From Yuukianura sp. NJ FZ-2021 (taxonomy: Eukaryota): DNA of 64,000 nucleotides. Positions 25,525-39,392 of the stretch are shown here, one piece after another (the first letter of the stretch is position 1; the number at the start of each line of letters is the position of its first letter). A program made the translations under genes and the position numbers. The notes beneath the pieces are model-generated. The model had not been told where the DNA came from. It did no database searches and was given only the letters and a program-made list of their open reading frames with translations. The stretch spans positions 3,720,001-3,784,000 of the forward strand of contig CM102285.1 of the NCBI GenBank assembly GCA_046563655.1, read 5' to 3'.

Positions 25525-28500
25525 CTATTCTATAAGAGGAGGGGGAGATGTTGGAATGGATGACTTCGCCAAGGCTCCTTGCGTCAGGTATCCAGCTACA
25601 GAGCCCGTCGATGAAGTCAAGTAGCCAGCGATTGGCTTGTCCGACAAGAAGAGGTCGTGTTTCTAAAAGAAAAAAAATTATATATTACAACCAATTTCAA
25701 AAAGTGACCAATTTTCAACAATTTTCACTTGCCTGATCTCTGTACTGATTCCAGATTTCCGATTTGCTCAATATGGCAGTGACCTCTTCGCCATGCTTTT
25801 CATCCTGGCTCATATTCTGCAATGCTTTGACGATATGTGCTTTGGTTGCAGCCGGACTTGGACCTAAATCAGCCGTTGACTTGAGGAGTGACAGTAGAAG
25901 TGGAATGAGTTGACTCTGAATGGCTTGATAGACGAGTTCTGAATGTTTGGCCGAATATAAGTGATTCAGCGCTTCGCAAGTTAGCGGTATCGTTTCTCCC
26001 TTTTTCTTCATACCGTTGACAATGTGTTGAATAGCTTCAAACTGACAGATAGACTCAATACAAATGTGGTTATTGGCTAAAACGCGTAGGACAATACAGC
26101 CAGCTCGCTTGACTGAACTTCTTTCAGATTCCATTGCTTGTAGAATTGCTTTCATATGACCCATCGGAGGCAGGAGGTCACACAAATGCGGTTGCGTTGC
26201 AAGTAAATGTCCTAAGGCACTTCCCACCAATTCCAAACTATCGTCACTCTTTCTCCCGCTTGTGTTGTATCCGTTCGGAGAAAATGTGTATTCAAGTAAA
26301 TCTCGTAAAAACTCTCTCGGTTTCCTCAGGTTCCATGATGGATTGCTAACGTAGAGTCTCAAGTAGATTCCGCCGATTATCAGTTCACCGGAAACTCCAT
26401 AGTCAACTTGAAACGATTCTGAAGGTAGTTTCCAATCAACAGACAAATCAGATTTCTGCAACCGAAACAGTTCTTGTTTCATTTGATGAATGGAATTGAT
26501 GACATTATTCTTGGCGATGTCGTTCCATACAATTTCAGGATTTTCTGTGACAGAATCGAAGAGAAGTACAGCAGCCTGTGGAGACTCAGCCATTGCTTCA
26601 AAGAATATCGACGGTAGGAACTTCGAAAGGAGAATTTTGACGCGGGGTCCAGACAGTTTATCAGCACATAATTTGGAAAGTACTTCGGAAGACTTGTAGC
26701 GAATCACAGGGTCGATGTTGCTTGTACAGAAAAAGTCAATCAAGTAAACGATGATTCCTAAAAAACCAGAAGAAAACACACCGTTTTACGAAAAATTCAT
26801 AAAATTTCACAAATTTTTAAAATTCACCTTTCTGGATGGCTTCTTTTACTACTTGCGGATGACTGACTACCATCGTTAGACATCCAAGAGCCATTGGAAT
26901 AACTACCGTAGCATCTCGTTGAGCGGATGCCGATACGACAAGAAGCGCAGGAATGATTCCCATGCCAACAACGTCTGCCACACACTCCTGATTGGTCATC
27001 AACGTCGTGAGAACTGTCAACACTCGTTGTTCGTATTGAGGACACATGAGATACCGTGTAATTAGTCGGAACTTTCCTTTAAAGAGGCCTTCCAGCCCAT
27101 TGTTGTTTTTCACCACGTTACTCAAAGCCTCAATACACTGCGAAATCTTTTCAACATCTTCCGGCATGTTGTGTACTGAAGTAGGGTCGTTTGTCGCCAA
27201 ATATGCTAGTAGTTCATTGACAAACTCCGTTGGATTCTCCAACGTAAACGTCGGATCGTCATTGTAGATTCGAACAAAAATGGAGCCAATCACAAGTTCA
27301 CCTTTGTGCAGAGTATAAACAAAGTTGGAACCATAAGTCATGTCTGCAATGTCTCCCGTTCGAAGTAAACTAAGTTGGGCGTCGCAGAATTCCAGAAGTT
27401 CATTACGCGTCTTGTTGTTCCAAATTAAATAGGGCGTGACGCAATTCTCATTGAAAACTTTCAGCACAACTTCAGGCTCCTTCTCTCGTACCTGTACAAA
27501 TAAATTTGAGTTTAAATCAAGTTCATCAGTTACTTTCAGTTTGACGTTTCCAAGGTTAAAAAATTGTTACCAATTTGGCTCCGTAAGGCATCAGTAACGA
27601 ATCCAAGGAGACTCGAATTACATCGTTTCTCGGAATGCTTTCTCCATCGCCGCATAGCGACCTCAAAGCCGTAATGCAAAGTTTAGCAAACTTATTTGTG
27701 AGAATTTGCTGATTAGTGTCTTCGCTGGCAGCAACTCCAGCTTCCTCCAGCGTAAAATCATATTGGAAGAGAGCGATAAGCAAATGCCAAAGGACACCAG
27801 CTTGAAGTAAATGCATCTGAAGTATTGTATCTACTGACATGGCACTAACAGCTTCAGCCGCTACGCAGCAAAGTTTAGTTAAATGCTGAAACAAAAAACC
27901 AGAATCACCTCACAAGTTCAACTCTATTATACTCAACTTTTTGGTAATGCAAGAGATTGATTACCTTAAAATGCAAGATTCTGCAAATATCTTGTGACAA
28001 CTGCGGCATTTCAACGAGCTTGTCGCGGCACAATTGAAATTTCGTGGCAACTGTGAAACACTTTGTTACGTGAAGGCAGACTTGTGGTCCAATATCAGAA
28101 ATTTTTGAACTGGCACTCAAAACCGAGACGCATCTATCAAATGCCCGCAGTAAAAGATCCAATCCTAAAAAAAGTTAAGCTTACATAAAATGTTTGCTCT
28201 AAAGCTTAAGCTAACGAGTCCCGACAAACATCAAAAAGAATTTGAGTAAAACCTTTCTCTCTCCTCAATTCCTCGACGTTTAGCGCAGAACAATTCAGCG
28301 TATGGTAAACCAATTCAGTGCTGGCTCCCAGTAGCGGAGTTTCCTTTGCAAATAGTGCATCATCCGCCACTTCCAGTTCCATAGTCTTGATAAGCATGGG
28401 ATAACCAGCATACTTATAAGGTTCCAGAACTAGATACAAAATAGTTAAGTTAAGTGCAACAGTAAAGTAGCATCCAAAGATGATTAGTTCTTACAATGAG

Positions 28501-31500
28501 TACTTACCGTATCCATATCGCTTGAAAAGTATCGTCTGGCACCGAAGAATGAGAACAATTCTGTTTGGATCTGGATTTGTACTTTCAGTTGAATATCGAC
28601 TGCAGAGGAACTCATATGCTCTATTCGCTTCTTCAAACCGCTCTCGGCCTTCTGGATTTTTATCTGGATGGTACTTCTGCGCCAATTTTCTGTACCGTTT
28701 CTTCACATTTTCCGCCCAGTCTGGATCGTTTTCTAGTTCCAATGCCTTCAAAGCTTCCGTTACTGTCATTGGTGGAGGTTTCTTCTCTACTTCGTTCTTC
28801 CAAGCTTCAAGGACATCTCTCAGAAGGTCCAGTGGATCGTTTATAGTCCATTCAGGAAATCTACGCACAAAGAAAAATCCTTCTACACCACCGCTAAAGA
28901 AATTCTAAAGGTTCAATTAATATTACCTCTGCTCATCTGTAAGATTACGAAGGTAGAACACGTTACAGAAAAGTTCGGATTCCAAATTCTGATAAGTGAT
29001 GGCTGGAATAGCACAGTACTCGTAGAGTGTACGAGTGTTGGACATCAAACGGGGAGAGAAATCTGCCAGATGAAGTGCTATCCTCTCAATAAGCGTTCGT
29101 CTCATTGAGGAACTCCAAATTGCCTCGGGCGTATCAAATTCCCCAAGAAATATTTCGGAAAACTTTTCAACGCCATGATTTTCCAAGTAAGCAACCATTG
29201 CTTCAGGCAGAAGTGGGCCAAGAACTGACTTCAACCAAACCGAATTTCCCTAAAAAAGAAAATTCTAATTATGATCAAATTCTTGTAAAATCTCAAAACT
29301 TTCGTACTTACTTGTTGTGCATAGTAAGTATTCTGCTTCAAGTGAGCCATTTTGAGGAATCTCGATATAGGCAAAATGTTTGATCCAGTATACATCATTA
29401 TCATGAAAAATACTCCAGTGGTGTAGACACGGTTCATCATAGGATTCTCTTCTACAATCTAAGAAAGAAGACAACTTTTTGAGAGGTGATCGCATAAGTT
29501 GGTAAGTTTCGTCAAAGCGTAAATCGACTTACAAGGCAAAGGAGGTGAGCCACTCTTTCCACAATTGCTGGGTCAAATGTCAGCAGAAGTTGAACAATGT
29601 GAGCCAAGTAGTTGGTCGTTTCACTCAATATTTGTTTTGCCTTGTGCACTGGGCGTATAATGGCTTCACCATTCTTGGCTGGACAGAATGACACGACTTG
29701 AATCAAAATATCCAGAACGACTGCTGCTAGACTGGATTCATTCAAAATAGAAGTTTGTCCATCCGCTACAATGAACCACTTGAGTTGAGCAATTGCGTGC
29801 ATTTGTTTCCAAGTATCCAATCCCACTGCCCAGCACTTCGTCCTTGCGTCAACTTTCTTTTGCTTATAAAGTTCCTTCAACTACAACACATATGAGAAAA
29901 CGAAATCATAAATTATGCCACTCTTAGCATATGCACAGTACTCCAAATACGTTTTCTTTACTTACCTCCAAGAATCCAATAGGCCCAACTTTCTTACTTC
30001 CAGGAGTTTGGTAATACCATTCCGGGGAGTCCCCATGTTTCATGTCTGCACCGGCTTCAATTACATTCGTTTGTGTAGGAACCACAGCTCTGTATATTCA
30101 TATTTCAATTAACAATCCACGTTCAGTTATTAAAAATGTGAACAATATACAATACTAAACATACCGCGAAGTGTGAAGATGAGCTAACGTAAGTAAATCA
30201 ACCAAAACACGCAGCCCTCCGCAGTTGACCAGTTCCCGAGCATTTTCTTTTAAAAGCACCAATTTCTGAATGAAAAGTAGAATTCTGTCCCGTTCAGTCT
30301 TCTCCACACACTATGAAACAAAAAACCGAATTTCGAAAATGTCAGCAATTAGAAAGTAAAATCGCACTGTAGCAAATATCCGAAACTGAAAATAAGCTTT
30401 TCTTGCCTTGTCCAACATAATCACAATGTACTTCAGATCCCCATAAACTCCAATCTCTTGCCAATATCTTCCATATACTGTCGTCATTGCTTGAAGGCAC
30501 ATCCCTCTCATATCCGGTTTTCCTGTTAGCAGGAAGCGGTGATACAGATTGGCAAAAAAGTCCTTCGGACTCCGAATAACAAATGACGAACTGAGAGACT
30601 CTTCTTCCAGCAAAAGTCGAAGGTAATATCCACCAATGCTAATTTCTTCCGCTAAAGATGGATACTGAACTTGAAAATCGGAATGGTTCCAAGAAATTTC
30701 TCCTGCTACATGGTCTCTATCCCCTTCCAGTAGTTTCGTTTCGTTTTGTAAAGCATCGCGCAATTCCTCTCTTATGGCGTAATTCCAAATTAAATCCGGC
30801 AGGGCGTGGTCTGCACTGAATTTGTGGTAGAAAAGCTGCCAGTTCCCTTCAACTTTTAAGTTCTGGCGGCGCTTCCGAAGAGCAACTGGACGCAATTGGT
30901 TTCTTGTTCGCACTTCTTGTGCAGTCTTCAGTCTCCAATGTTTAAGTGCAACCTTAAAATACAATCATGAATGTTTAATGATAGGTTTACAGTGGTTCTA
31001 GCCAATTACTTAACAAAGTACAAAGTAGCCTTACCTCCACTTGTTTCTCAACGAATTTTTCCACATTTCTGACTTGCTTTGCAAATTGGGACGGTTGGTT
31101 GAATTTATGAGCTGCTGTAGCTAATTTCAAGTTGTCCCGGGTATTGATTCTATCAGTTTCGGATAATTTGACAGATTCACCAGACTCCAGAAAACGAAGC
31201 AATCCGGGAGGCTAAAACAACCAAAATCAAATTATTTGCAATAAGAATGTTATTATCGGTTACTCAACTCCGTAGTACTACTAAGATGCTTGTGCCTACA
31301 AGAATTCGCTGAAGGAGTTCCATTGACACAGGGTTTTGACAAGTCCATAGGCTCACTAAATGCCTAGAAAGCTGCCGTAACGTTAGGAGGCGCGGATCAT
31401 TTGTTTGCAGGAACAGAGCGTTCAGTAAATGTCGAATTAGTGCTCCCTCTTTGAGAGCCATATCTTGCATCTCTCGTCCAATTGTACCTTGACCTTCTTC

Positions 31501-33875
31501 AATTAAAGCTTTCATCACTAGCCCAGCTCCCTTGACGATTGCAACGGACGGATGCTACAATGGAATAGTTAGTTATCAGCTTGTTATATTTGTAGATCAC
31601 ACTGAATTCAAATTAGAACTTGCTAGTGAACTAAACTAACTGTAGTTAAATCATAGATCTTACCTGAAACAAGACGAAGAGGACATGGCCGCGTTGGGCC
31701 ACAGCCTTAAGTAGAGAATCAAAGTGATTTCCTAAAGTAGTTTCGCTGTAAGGAGCGCAGAGAGCGAAGGTTAGAATATCCAGCATGGCCATTGTGACTA
31801 ATGCACCGGTTCCCCTCTTGACGTGATTCGTCCAAACGTCCAATAAACTCTCCAGGAACTTTGGACTGTTGAGAATTTTTTCCTTGTTTTCCTGTTCTTG
31901 ACGAAGATCTGCTTCTTCATGCATGGGCTGCATCAATGCAGCCATCACATCCAGGCCCGAGTAAATGACGCAGTCTGACATGTTTGTACGAAGTGCAGTT
32001 ACTACAGTGTTCCCAACTTTCTCTCGGAATCTGGAAAGCACAACAACAGATGTAAAAAACTTGCAATTAACTCAATCAGTAGTTCACAGTTCTTCCAAAT
32101 ACTCACGTCAACATTTCTGCAAAAGCGCCGAATCCAGTCTTTGAGCAAACAATTCTTCGGATCAGTTGGAAAAACTCTTCGTACTCCGTCGTATTGATGT
32201 CTTTGACGAGGAGAGCATTTAATGCAACTAGAATAAGTTTCTCTTTGTTTTCGGCGAAGAATTTCTGTAACACAAACAATTTTTTAGGAATCAATTCAAC
32301 AACATGATAATAATCAAGTAAACCCGTGGAGTAAAAGTAATTAAATGAGTAAGTTGTTCGATTACTTACATCTTGAGTTACGGAATGTATCAGTCCAGAG
32401 TACTGCACGTTTGCGTTGAATCGGCTCATGAGTTCAGCAAAGCTCCAGCCATTTGGGGGTTGGTGTATGAATTTTAGAAACAAAGATTCGACCTGTAATC
32501 CCAATGACGTCAGAATAGGTTATAGTAAATACTTTATCAATCGCTGCACTACAGGAGTATGTTAAGTACTCACCTTCTCGTCCACCGGTGAACACAATGG
32601 ACCCCATCGTTTCCCTTGTGGTGTATTTTTGGATTTGACGTGAACGGAACAGTTACCTGACGCTCTAGCTCCGTCCATCAGCGACGACAATAACGAATCC
32701 CTTTCAGTGGAGAAGTATATTCGGACGGAGCCTGTCGTGAACTCAATCTGGATCTCCTGGGAATCATCAGTGCTTCGAATCAGTGCAAACACCGATGACA
32801 ACGGAAATAGAGAAGAAATGCAATATGTGGCTGGATCCCTCTCAATCAAACATGTTTCTGACAGGCAGAGGAGGGTTCGTGATCGTCGACTATTCTGAAC
32901 TGCAAACTCGCAAAGAGATGTAATGTGTTGATCGTCGCTGTAAGTTCCTAAACGTTGTTCAATGACGTCACTAAGCGGTTGCTCCAAGACAGTCGAATTG
33001 ATCGACAGGCCGAGGAAGTAACTACTGTTCTCCTTCACACGGGCGACAATTTTTGATCGATCCGTGTGTGAAAATATGTGCTGGAAAAGAAACATATGAT
33101 TAAGCCAGAGGTGGTAAAACATTTCGTTTGAGTGAAATCACTGACAGTTCATTACCAGTCGATTGGTTTCCTTCATTTGGAGAGCAAAGATAGTTGGGTC
33201 TTCTTTTAGTTCCAGTATAGCGTCTACATCTTTGAAGAAGTAGGATTTCCGCTCACCCTCCATGCTGATTTGATCCAACCCAACGCAATTAACGATGAGT
33301 GAATGGAATTGAGTAGCAAAGTCTTGGCCCCATCTGTACACATACATATTCATAATACTGAAAGTAAGTACGGAAAATAGTCTGACAAGGTTTCTTCGCA
33401 GAACTAGATCGTAGAGGTACCTGTATTTCCGGATGTTTCGGAATTCGTTTATGGCCCTGTCCATATTTTCCGACTGGTGCGATTTAGAGAAAGCACTGTG
33501 ATGTTGTAAACACAGTGTCAGGATGTAGGCACGGTGCTCACTTGAGAACCTCATGGAATCCGTTCCTTTCCCTTTCCGGTGAACTAATTGGAATTGATTT
33601 GGATGATCCGGTGTTGAAGTAGGAGACAAATTGTACACATCCGTCCATTGCCAGTAATTTGTTTTTTCTCCATCGCTGGGATTGTATGTTGCAATGCCGT
33701 GAGTTCCCACCGAAAACACACGGGGATAACTGGATAAAAACGACCAAGATTATGAGACTATAATTTGCAACGATGCTGCCATTCAGATCTTGGAAATGTT
33801 AATTACTTACTTTCCTTTCCATCGAGTGATTTTCTGGGTATAAAACGAGTATAAATCCATGTTCTCCGATCCCAT
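25525..33875 (-). CDS. DNAJC13: DnaJ homolog subfamily C member 13 / RME-8, multi-exon
   Basis: N-terminus [23 protein letters not shown] repeats (DLIWNY, EAIWSS, YLIWNN, EIVWND); central J domain with [11 protein letters not shown]-terminal KHDLFL..IAGYLT. Confidence 0.95.
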
Positions 33876-34614
33876 GTCCAAGTTAACTAAAATGAACACA
33901 GTGTCTTCGATTAATGTAAGGATTTCAATATGACAAACAATAAGGAATAATTCAACAGTAAGGTTACCTTAATTTTCTGCTATTATGGCCAATTTGTATT
34001 GATGGTAAACCTAAACATGATTCAACCCTATCCTGTCAATCAAAATCAAATTATAGAGGGATTAGAATTAGAACAAATGTTTTAAGATAATCCCGTCCCC
34101 GGTTGGTGGCAGAATTTACAGCTGATTAATTAATCGTGTAATGACAAATCTGAAACTGACATTAGCTGATTAGCGTAATGTTGATAATCGGTTCAATTCC
34201 TCTTCCTTCGTTCCTTCAAGTAAAACTTACATAAATCGCCGCCCCTTCATAAACACAGAAACACAGTTGTTCTTGTAATAACAAAATTTATGAATGAGTT
34301 TGCGTGAAGTCCTTCATGTAAAGGCCAACGCACACCGTAAACTGTAACTTCATCTTCATCATCATCATTCATCAATCCACTTATGATTCTGAATCATCAT
34401 TTTGACATTTAAGCTCTTAAATTTTAACTTAAAATGAATTGATTTCCAACTTTTGAGTTAAATATTTTAACAAACAATTTATTATGCTCATAATCATACA
34501 TTATTTTTCAATTCTGGCGAGCAATTCTGCGTGGAGGTCAGGCTCCATTTCATGCCCCTAGGTATAACACTTTTTGATTTCAATTTTCGGATTGACCTTG
34601 GTACTGTTGACCTT

Positions 34615-36690
34615 TCACTTCTCCATGAATGCTGAGAACACACGAGCTGTACGAGCTTCTTGAAATGTAGAAATTGGACAAGACTGTCGCAGGTACAAGC
34701 ATTTTTCTTTGTCTCCAATATGCATTGACTTCAATTTCAAGTCCCGCTCTAGTTTCAATTTTGTTTTATGAAGTTGACCAATCGTTGACATCATTTCCTC
34801 ACGCTTCGGAGTAATAACGTCAATGACATGTCTAAGGGCTTGAATTTCTTTGACAAATTCCATCATCTCGGGGTCACGACAAAGTTCAATTCCTGGAACG
34901 CCTTTCCTCTCTTCCAACCGATTCTGAGCAGCCTATTAGAAACAAGTTTTAAAAAATTAATTACGTTTAGTTAATCTTGTTCGCAGTTAATTGAATTTCT
35001 GGAATTTGAATTTCTTATACTTGTAGGGAGTGTGTCTTTGCACCGATCGCATTCACAACTTCGTCCAAATTGGATTGGAGGGTGGTCATATCTTGTTCCA
35101 ATTTTGATAAATGACGGCGAACTTCCTTAGTTGCCTCCTTTAGTTCCGCGATTCGCCGCTTCAGAGCTGCATTTGTGGCGTACCAAACGCCAAAACATTC
35201 GTTAGCGATCGTCAGCATCTCTCTGGTTATATCAATGCTCAAAAACTGAGCAACATTTCGTTCAAGCTGAGACTTTTCTATCATGCTTTCAGCATTTTCA
35301 AGCCACTGTGATGGAGTCGTGTTTCTAAAAAAGAGGCGAAAAAATAAAAGTAGAAATATAAAATTCAGAATAAATCCAGATGAGTTAAAATGTTTCAGAT
35401 TAAACTTACAGTGGAAGATGCGGTGCAGGAATCTCTACTGAACCAATTTCTTGGGACAACGTAGACAAAATTTTAAAACATGTCGCCGTATCCTTGACCT
35501 CAACTTGACGTTCAATGTCATTTTCAATTTGCAGTCGAATGTCTCGAAGATGTGAAAGCTGATGGCTCACTCGTTTAATTTCTTTCCCAATTAGGCTGTA
35601 TCGCTTTCGAAAAATGTCAATCTGAAAGACAAAAGTTGTTTTTCAAATTCAAAATTCAATTTCGAATCATTAGATTTTGGAAAATTGAAGGTAATTCATA
35701 TGTGGTGCTGAATATGAACTTGACCTCCCGAACCAAAGCGTCCTCCACTATGTCTCTTCCAACTTCCGAGCCATGATGCGCTTTGAGCGAACGCTGATTT
35801 TCCCTGGAAATGGACCCCGACTTCTCAATTTCCTAAACAAGCAGTAAAAGAAAGACAGTCTGCAACGCTGAATACTTTTTTGATACAATAGTTGACCTTG
35901 TGTAAAGTTTCTTTTTAAAATTCATAAAAAGAATAGAGTCGACTTTAAAAGTTAAATGAGAAATTGATTTAGTTTAAAAATTAAAAAACAGGTTTAACGA
36001 CTGACTTGGGTGGCACTGGGTGTTTTTTTAATAATTTACCGGATCAAAACTTCGTTTTTTTTAGAAGAAAAAATTTTTTCTATCCCTGTCTTTCTTTTAA
36101 TGTTTTTTAAATGGCCTACTGAATTCAAAAATTCTTAACACACATTTACCTTGAGCATTATTTCTACTCTCTCCTTCAATTCAAACAGCTCATGAAACTG
36201 CGAAATGTTTTGTTTCAATTCTTCCCGAAGATTGGCAGTTGATTTTTCAATGTCTCCCTTCCTCAGATCCACTTCTTCCACCCATTCTTTCTGGCGTTTC
36301 TGATTTTCTACGTTTTCGTCGTAGCACAAGTCTTCCGTTTCCTCGAAACTCATCCTGAGGTCATTCACCTTTACTGGACTAATTGACAAATGACAACAAC
36401 CAAGATGTAATTGAACCTGGGAGTAGGCAAAGAAATGGCTTGCCACTTTCCGAATCGATCGTTTTTCGTCTGTCTCTCTTAAAAAACAAAGCAAGAATTA
36501 TTAAACAACGAAACTCGGTAAATTGCTGGCTTGTTTCCTAAGAAACAAGTGCCACTTAAAATTTACACTTTTGACAGCAACGTGCAATTTGGACTGAGGT
36601 TCCTTCCAATGCTTGTGATGGCCTCGACCTGAAGGACTAGGATTTGCAATTTGTTAAATTCTTTCAATTCTAGATTTGTTTCCCGCATAA
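34615..36690 (-). CDS. Tektin-family coiled-coil protein (divergent); 5' end uncertain
   Basis: Coiled-coil exons; tektin motif variant PGIELCRDP (consensus RPNVELCRD); TNAALKRRIAELKEA; LERDLKLK...IGDKEKCLYLR. Confidence 0.72.
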
Positions 36691-37591
36691 AGACGGTGTG
36701 CGCGGAGCTTAGAAGATGTTGAGGGCTTAAAATCCCAGCTGACTTGCCAAACCGCAAGCAATTTGAACTCAAAGTAAGTTTAGTTTATTTTAAAAAATTT
36801 GTGTGAACGGAGGAAATGAGGAGTTGAATTAGTTTTTAAATCAATCATCTGTATTTCATTAACGCAGAACCCAGCCCAATCCACTGTCAATTGTAAACTC
36901 CGTTCAAGTGGGGCGTAGTAAGTGCCGAGTGCCGTACAATCAACGAAATTCGCCGTATTTATTACCGGTAGTATTCGTTGTCAGCCGGTGATCCATCGCG
37001 TCGTGTTTCTGGTGAGTCATTGCGATGTTATTGATAATTTCAAGTAATCAAGGTCGAGGTTTATCTTACAACTAATCAATTGCTTTCATTACTGCTTTCC
37101 TAAATCCTATAACGTTATCTCGTCACTGCTTTCATCAAGGTAGTTTTCATGATCATGACGCTATCCTGATATGACCGAACATGTCAATCAATAGTTAACG
37201 ATGTCACCAATGAATAATTGGCAATGATGTATCGACCTCGTTCCTTGACGTCCACTCATGACGCTTGTTAGACCGAGGGAGTCAATACCTGCAACTGCTG
37301 CAAGTGCTTAATTAGTAGCGTCGAGCATGTAGGTGGTGGGATTGAACATCGTATGACAAGAGTGAATAATTGATTTTTGATTGCATGTTTTTGAGTGAAG
37401 CCGAAGCGAAATTACTACAGGTTATTTTTCCTTACGGGTTTATCCTCGATTGGCTTTGCATAGTTAGCGTCCGTGCTGTTTCGGTTTTCCGGTCCAGGTA
37501 AAGGTCACGCGGAGTAGCAATACCTGTACTGCACTACCATGCAATTGCGCTTCTGTGAACGCTATTTGAAACCTTAAACGTTAGATTAGTG

Positions 37592-38491
37592 GGTTGTGTT
37601 GTCGTTTCTGGGGCACTGAAATTTTTTCTAAGTTTTTTGGTCAAAATTTTCGAAAAATTTTTTTTTCGTTTTTTTCACATTTTATCATGTTTCAAACGTT
37701 TTTGGAACGTTTGAAACAAAAAAATTTTTTTGACCCCAAGGGTCCCCCCTTCCCTTTTTTTTGAAAATCTGGACTCGAAAATTTTCTAAGTCCAGAAAAT
37801 GAAGGGGGCACTCCTGGCAATCTCAAAAATGACTCCTATAAAAGTTGTTCAGAATCATGAGGGGAGTATTTTTTGTCCTATAGACTATGACCCTACGACC
37901 ACCCCCTGAGGTCAAAGGTCAACCCAAAGGAAATTTGTTTAAATGTTTCAGATGACCTCTGACCTCAGGGAGTGGTCACAGGGTCATAGTCCATAGGACA
38001 AAAAATACTCCCCTCATGATTCTGAACAACTTTTATAGGAGTCATTTTTGAGATTGCCAGGAGTGCCCCCTTCATTTTCTGGACTTAGAAAATTTTCGAG
38101 TCCAGATTTTAAAAAAAATGGGAAGGGGGGACCCTTGGGGTCAAAAAAATTTTTTTGCTTCAAACGTTCTAAAAACGTTTGAAACATGATAAAATGTGAA
38201 AAAAACGAAAAAAAAATTTTTCGAAAATTTTGACCAAAAAACTTAGAAAAAATTTCAGTGCCCCAGAAACGACAACACAACCATTTTCTGGACTTAGAAA
38301 ATTTTCGAGTCCAGATTTTAAAAAAAATGGAAAGGGGGGACCCTTGGGGTCAAAAAAATTTTTTTGCTTCAAACGTTCTAAAAACGTTTGAAACATGATA
38401 AAATGTGAAAAAAACGAAAAAAAAATTTTTCGAAAATTTTGACCAAAAAACTTAGAAAAAATTTCAGTGCCCCAGAAACGACAACACAACC
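37592..38491. mobile_element. Foldback DNA element (~330-bp arms) with a duplicated right terminal segment
   Basis: GGTTGTGTTGTCGTTTCTGGGGCAC... is inverted at 38282 and again at 38491. Perfect 8-bp TSD GATTAGTG (37584-37591, 38492-38499). GG termini with an 8-bp TSD are compatible with Merlin/MULE-type elements. Confidence 0.88.
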
Positions 38492-38562
38492 GATTAGTGT
38501 TTCCTTTCCTGTTGTTAATCTTATATGTTTTGATTGTTGTGAATTGCATTTTAGATTCAACT

Positions 38563-39392
38563 ATGGCCTACAACCCACAAATTGAGCAATGGTTTGCAGC
38601 AGTTGACGCAGATCGTTCTGGTAGGATAACTGCACCCGAACTTCAAGCAGCCCTAATGAGCAGTAACGGCAGGAAGTTCAACGACACCGCTTGCCGTCTT
38701 ATGATCGGTAAGAACAAAAAAAAAGATGTTGAAATTCAAATACGGTTTTTTTACTAATTAGTAAAAAGAAGTAATACCTTGACGAATTTTTCGTTTCTAT
38801 GCAGGGCTGTTCGATAACGGAACGGGAGCAATTGACATCCACGGATTTGGACAACTCTACAACTATGTACGTTAACCCGAACATGTTTTTCAAACTATAT
38901 TACTTTTTCGACTTAACCAGCATTACAGTTCTAAGAGTGTCCTACGTATCACTAAAAAGTCACCGTACCGTTTGGTTTATTCTTAGGTCAACCAGTGGCT
39001 TTCGGCCTTCCGAGCATATGACCAGAACCAAAGTGGTTATATTGATAACCGTGAATTTGCACAGGCTCTGCAACAAATGGGCTACCGATTTTCGCAACAA
39101 TTTATTGATGTTGTGGCACAAAAGTAAGAGTCGTTTTTACGAGTAAGCTTGGCGAGCCACGTCCATACTTCGTTTTATCGTTTTCAAAAACATGGAACTG
39201 ATTTTTCGTGTATCGTTGTTTATCAGGTTCGGAGAACGAAATGCCGGCCTCCCAGTTGACGGATTCATCACTGTATGCATTCTCATTCAAAAGTTCACGG
39301 ATGGCTTTAGGAAACGAGATGTTCAGCAACAAGGGGTCATCACAATCCAATACGAAGACTTCTTGGGCATGATTCTTACCGCTTGGACATAA
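38563..39392 (+). CDS. Penta-EF-hand protein, peflin/ALG-2 (PDCD6)-like, 4 exons
   Basis: WFAAVDADRSGRITAPELQAAL; FRAYDQNQSGYIDNRE; MGYRFSQQF; FTDGFRKRDVQQQGVITIQYEDF. Confidence 0.88.

Noticed and set aside
38014-38560. Phe/Lys-rich repeated ORFs
   Set aside because: Translations of the duplicated TE arm.
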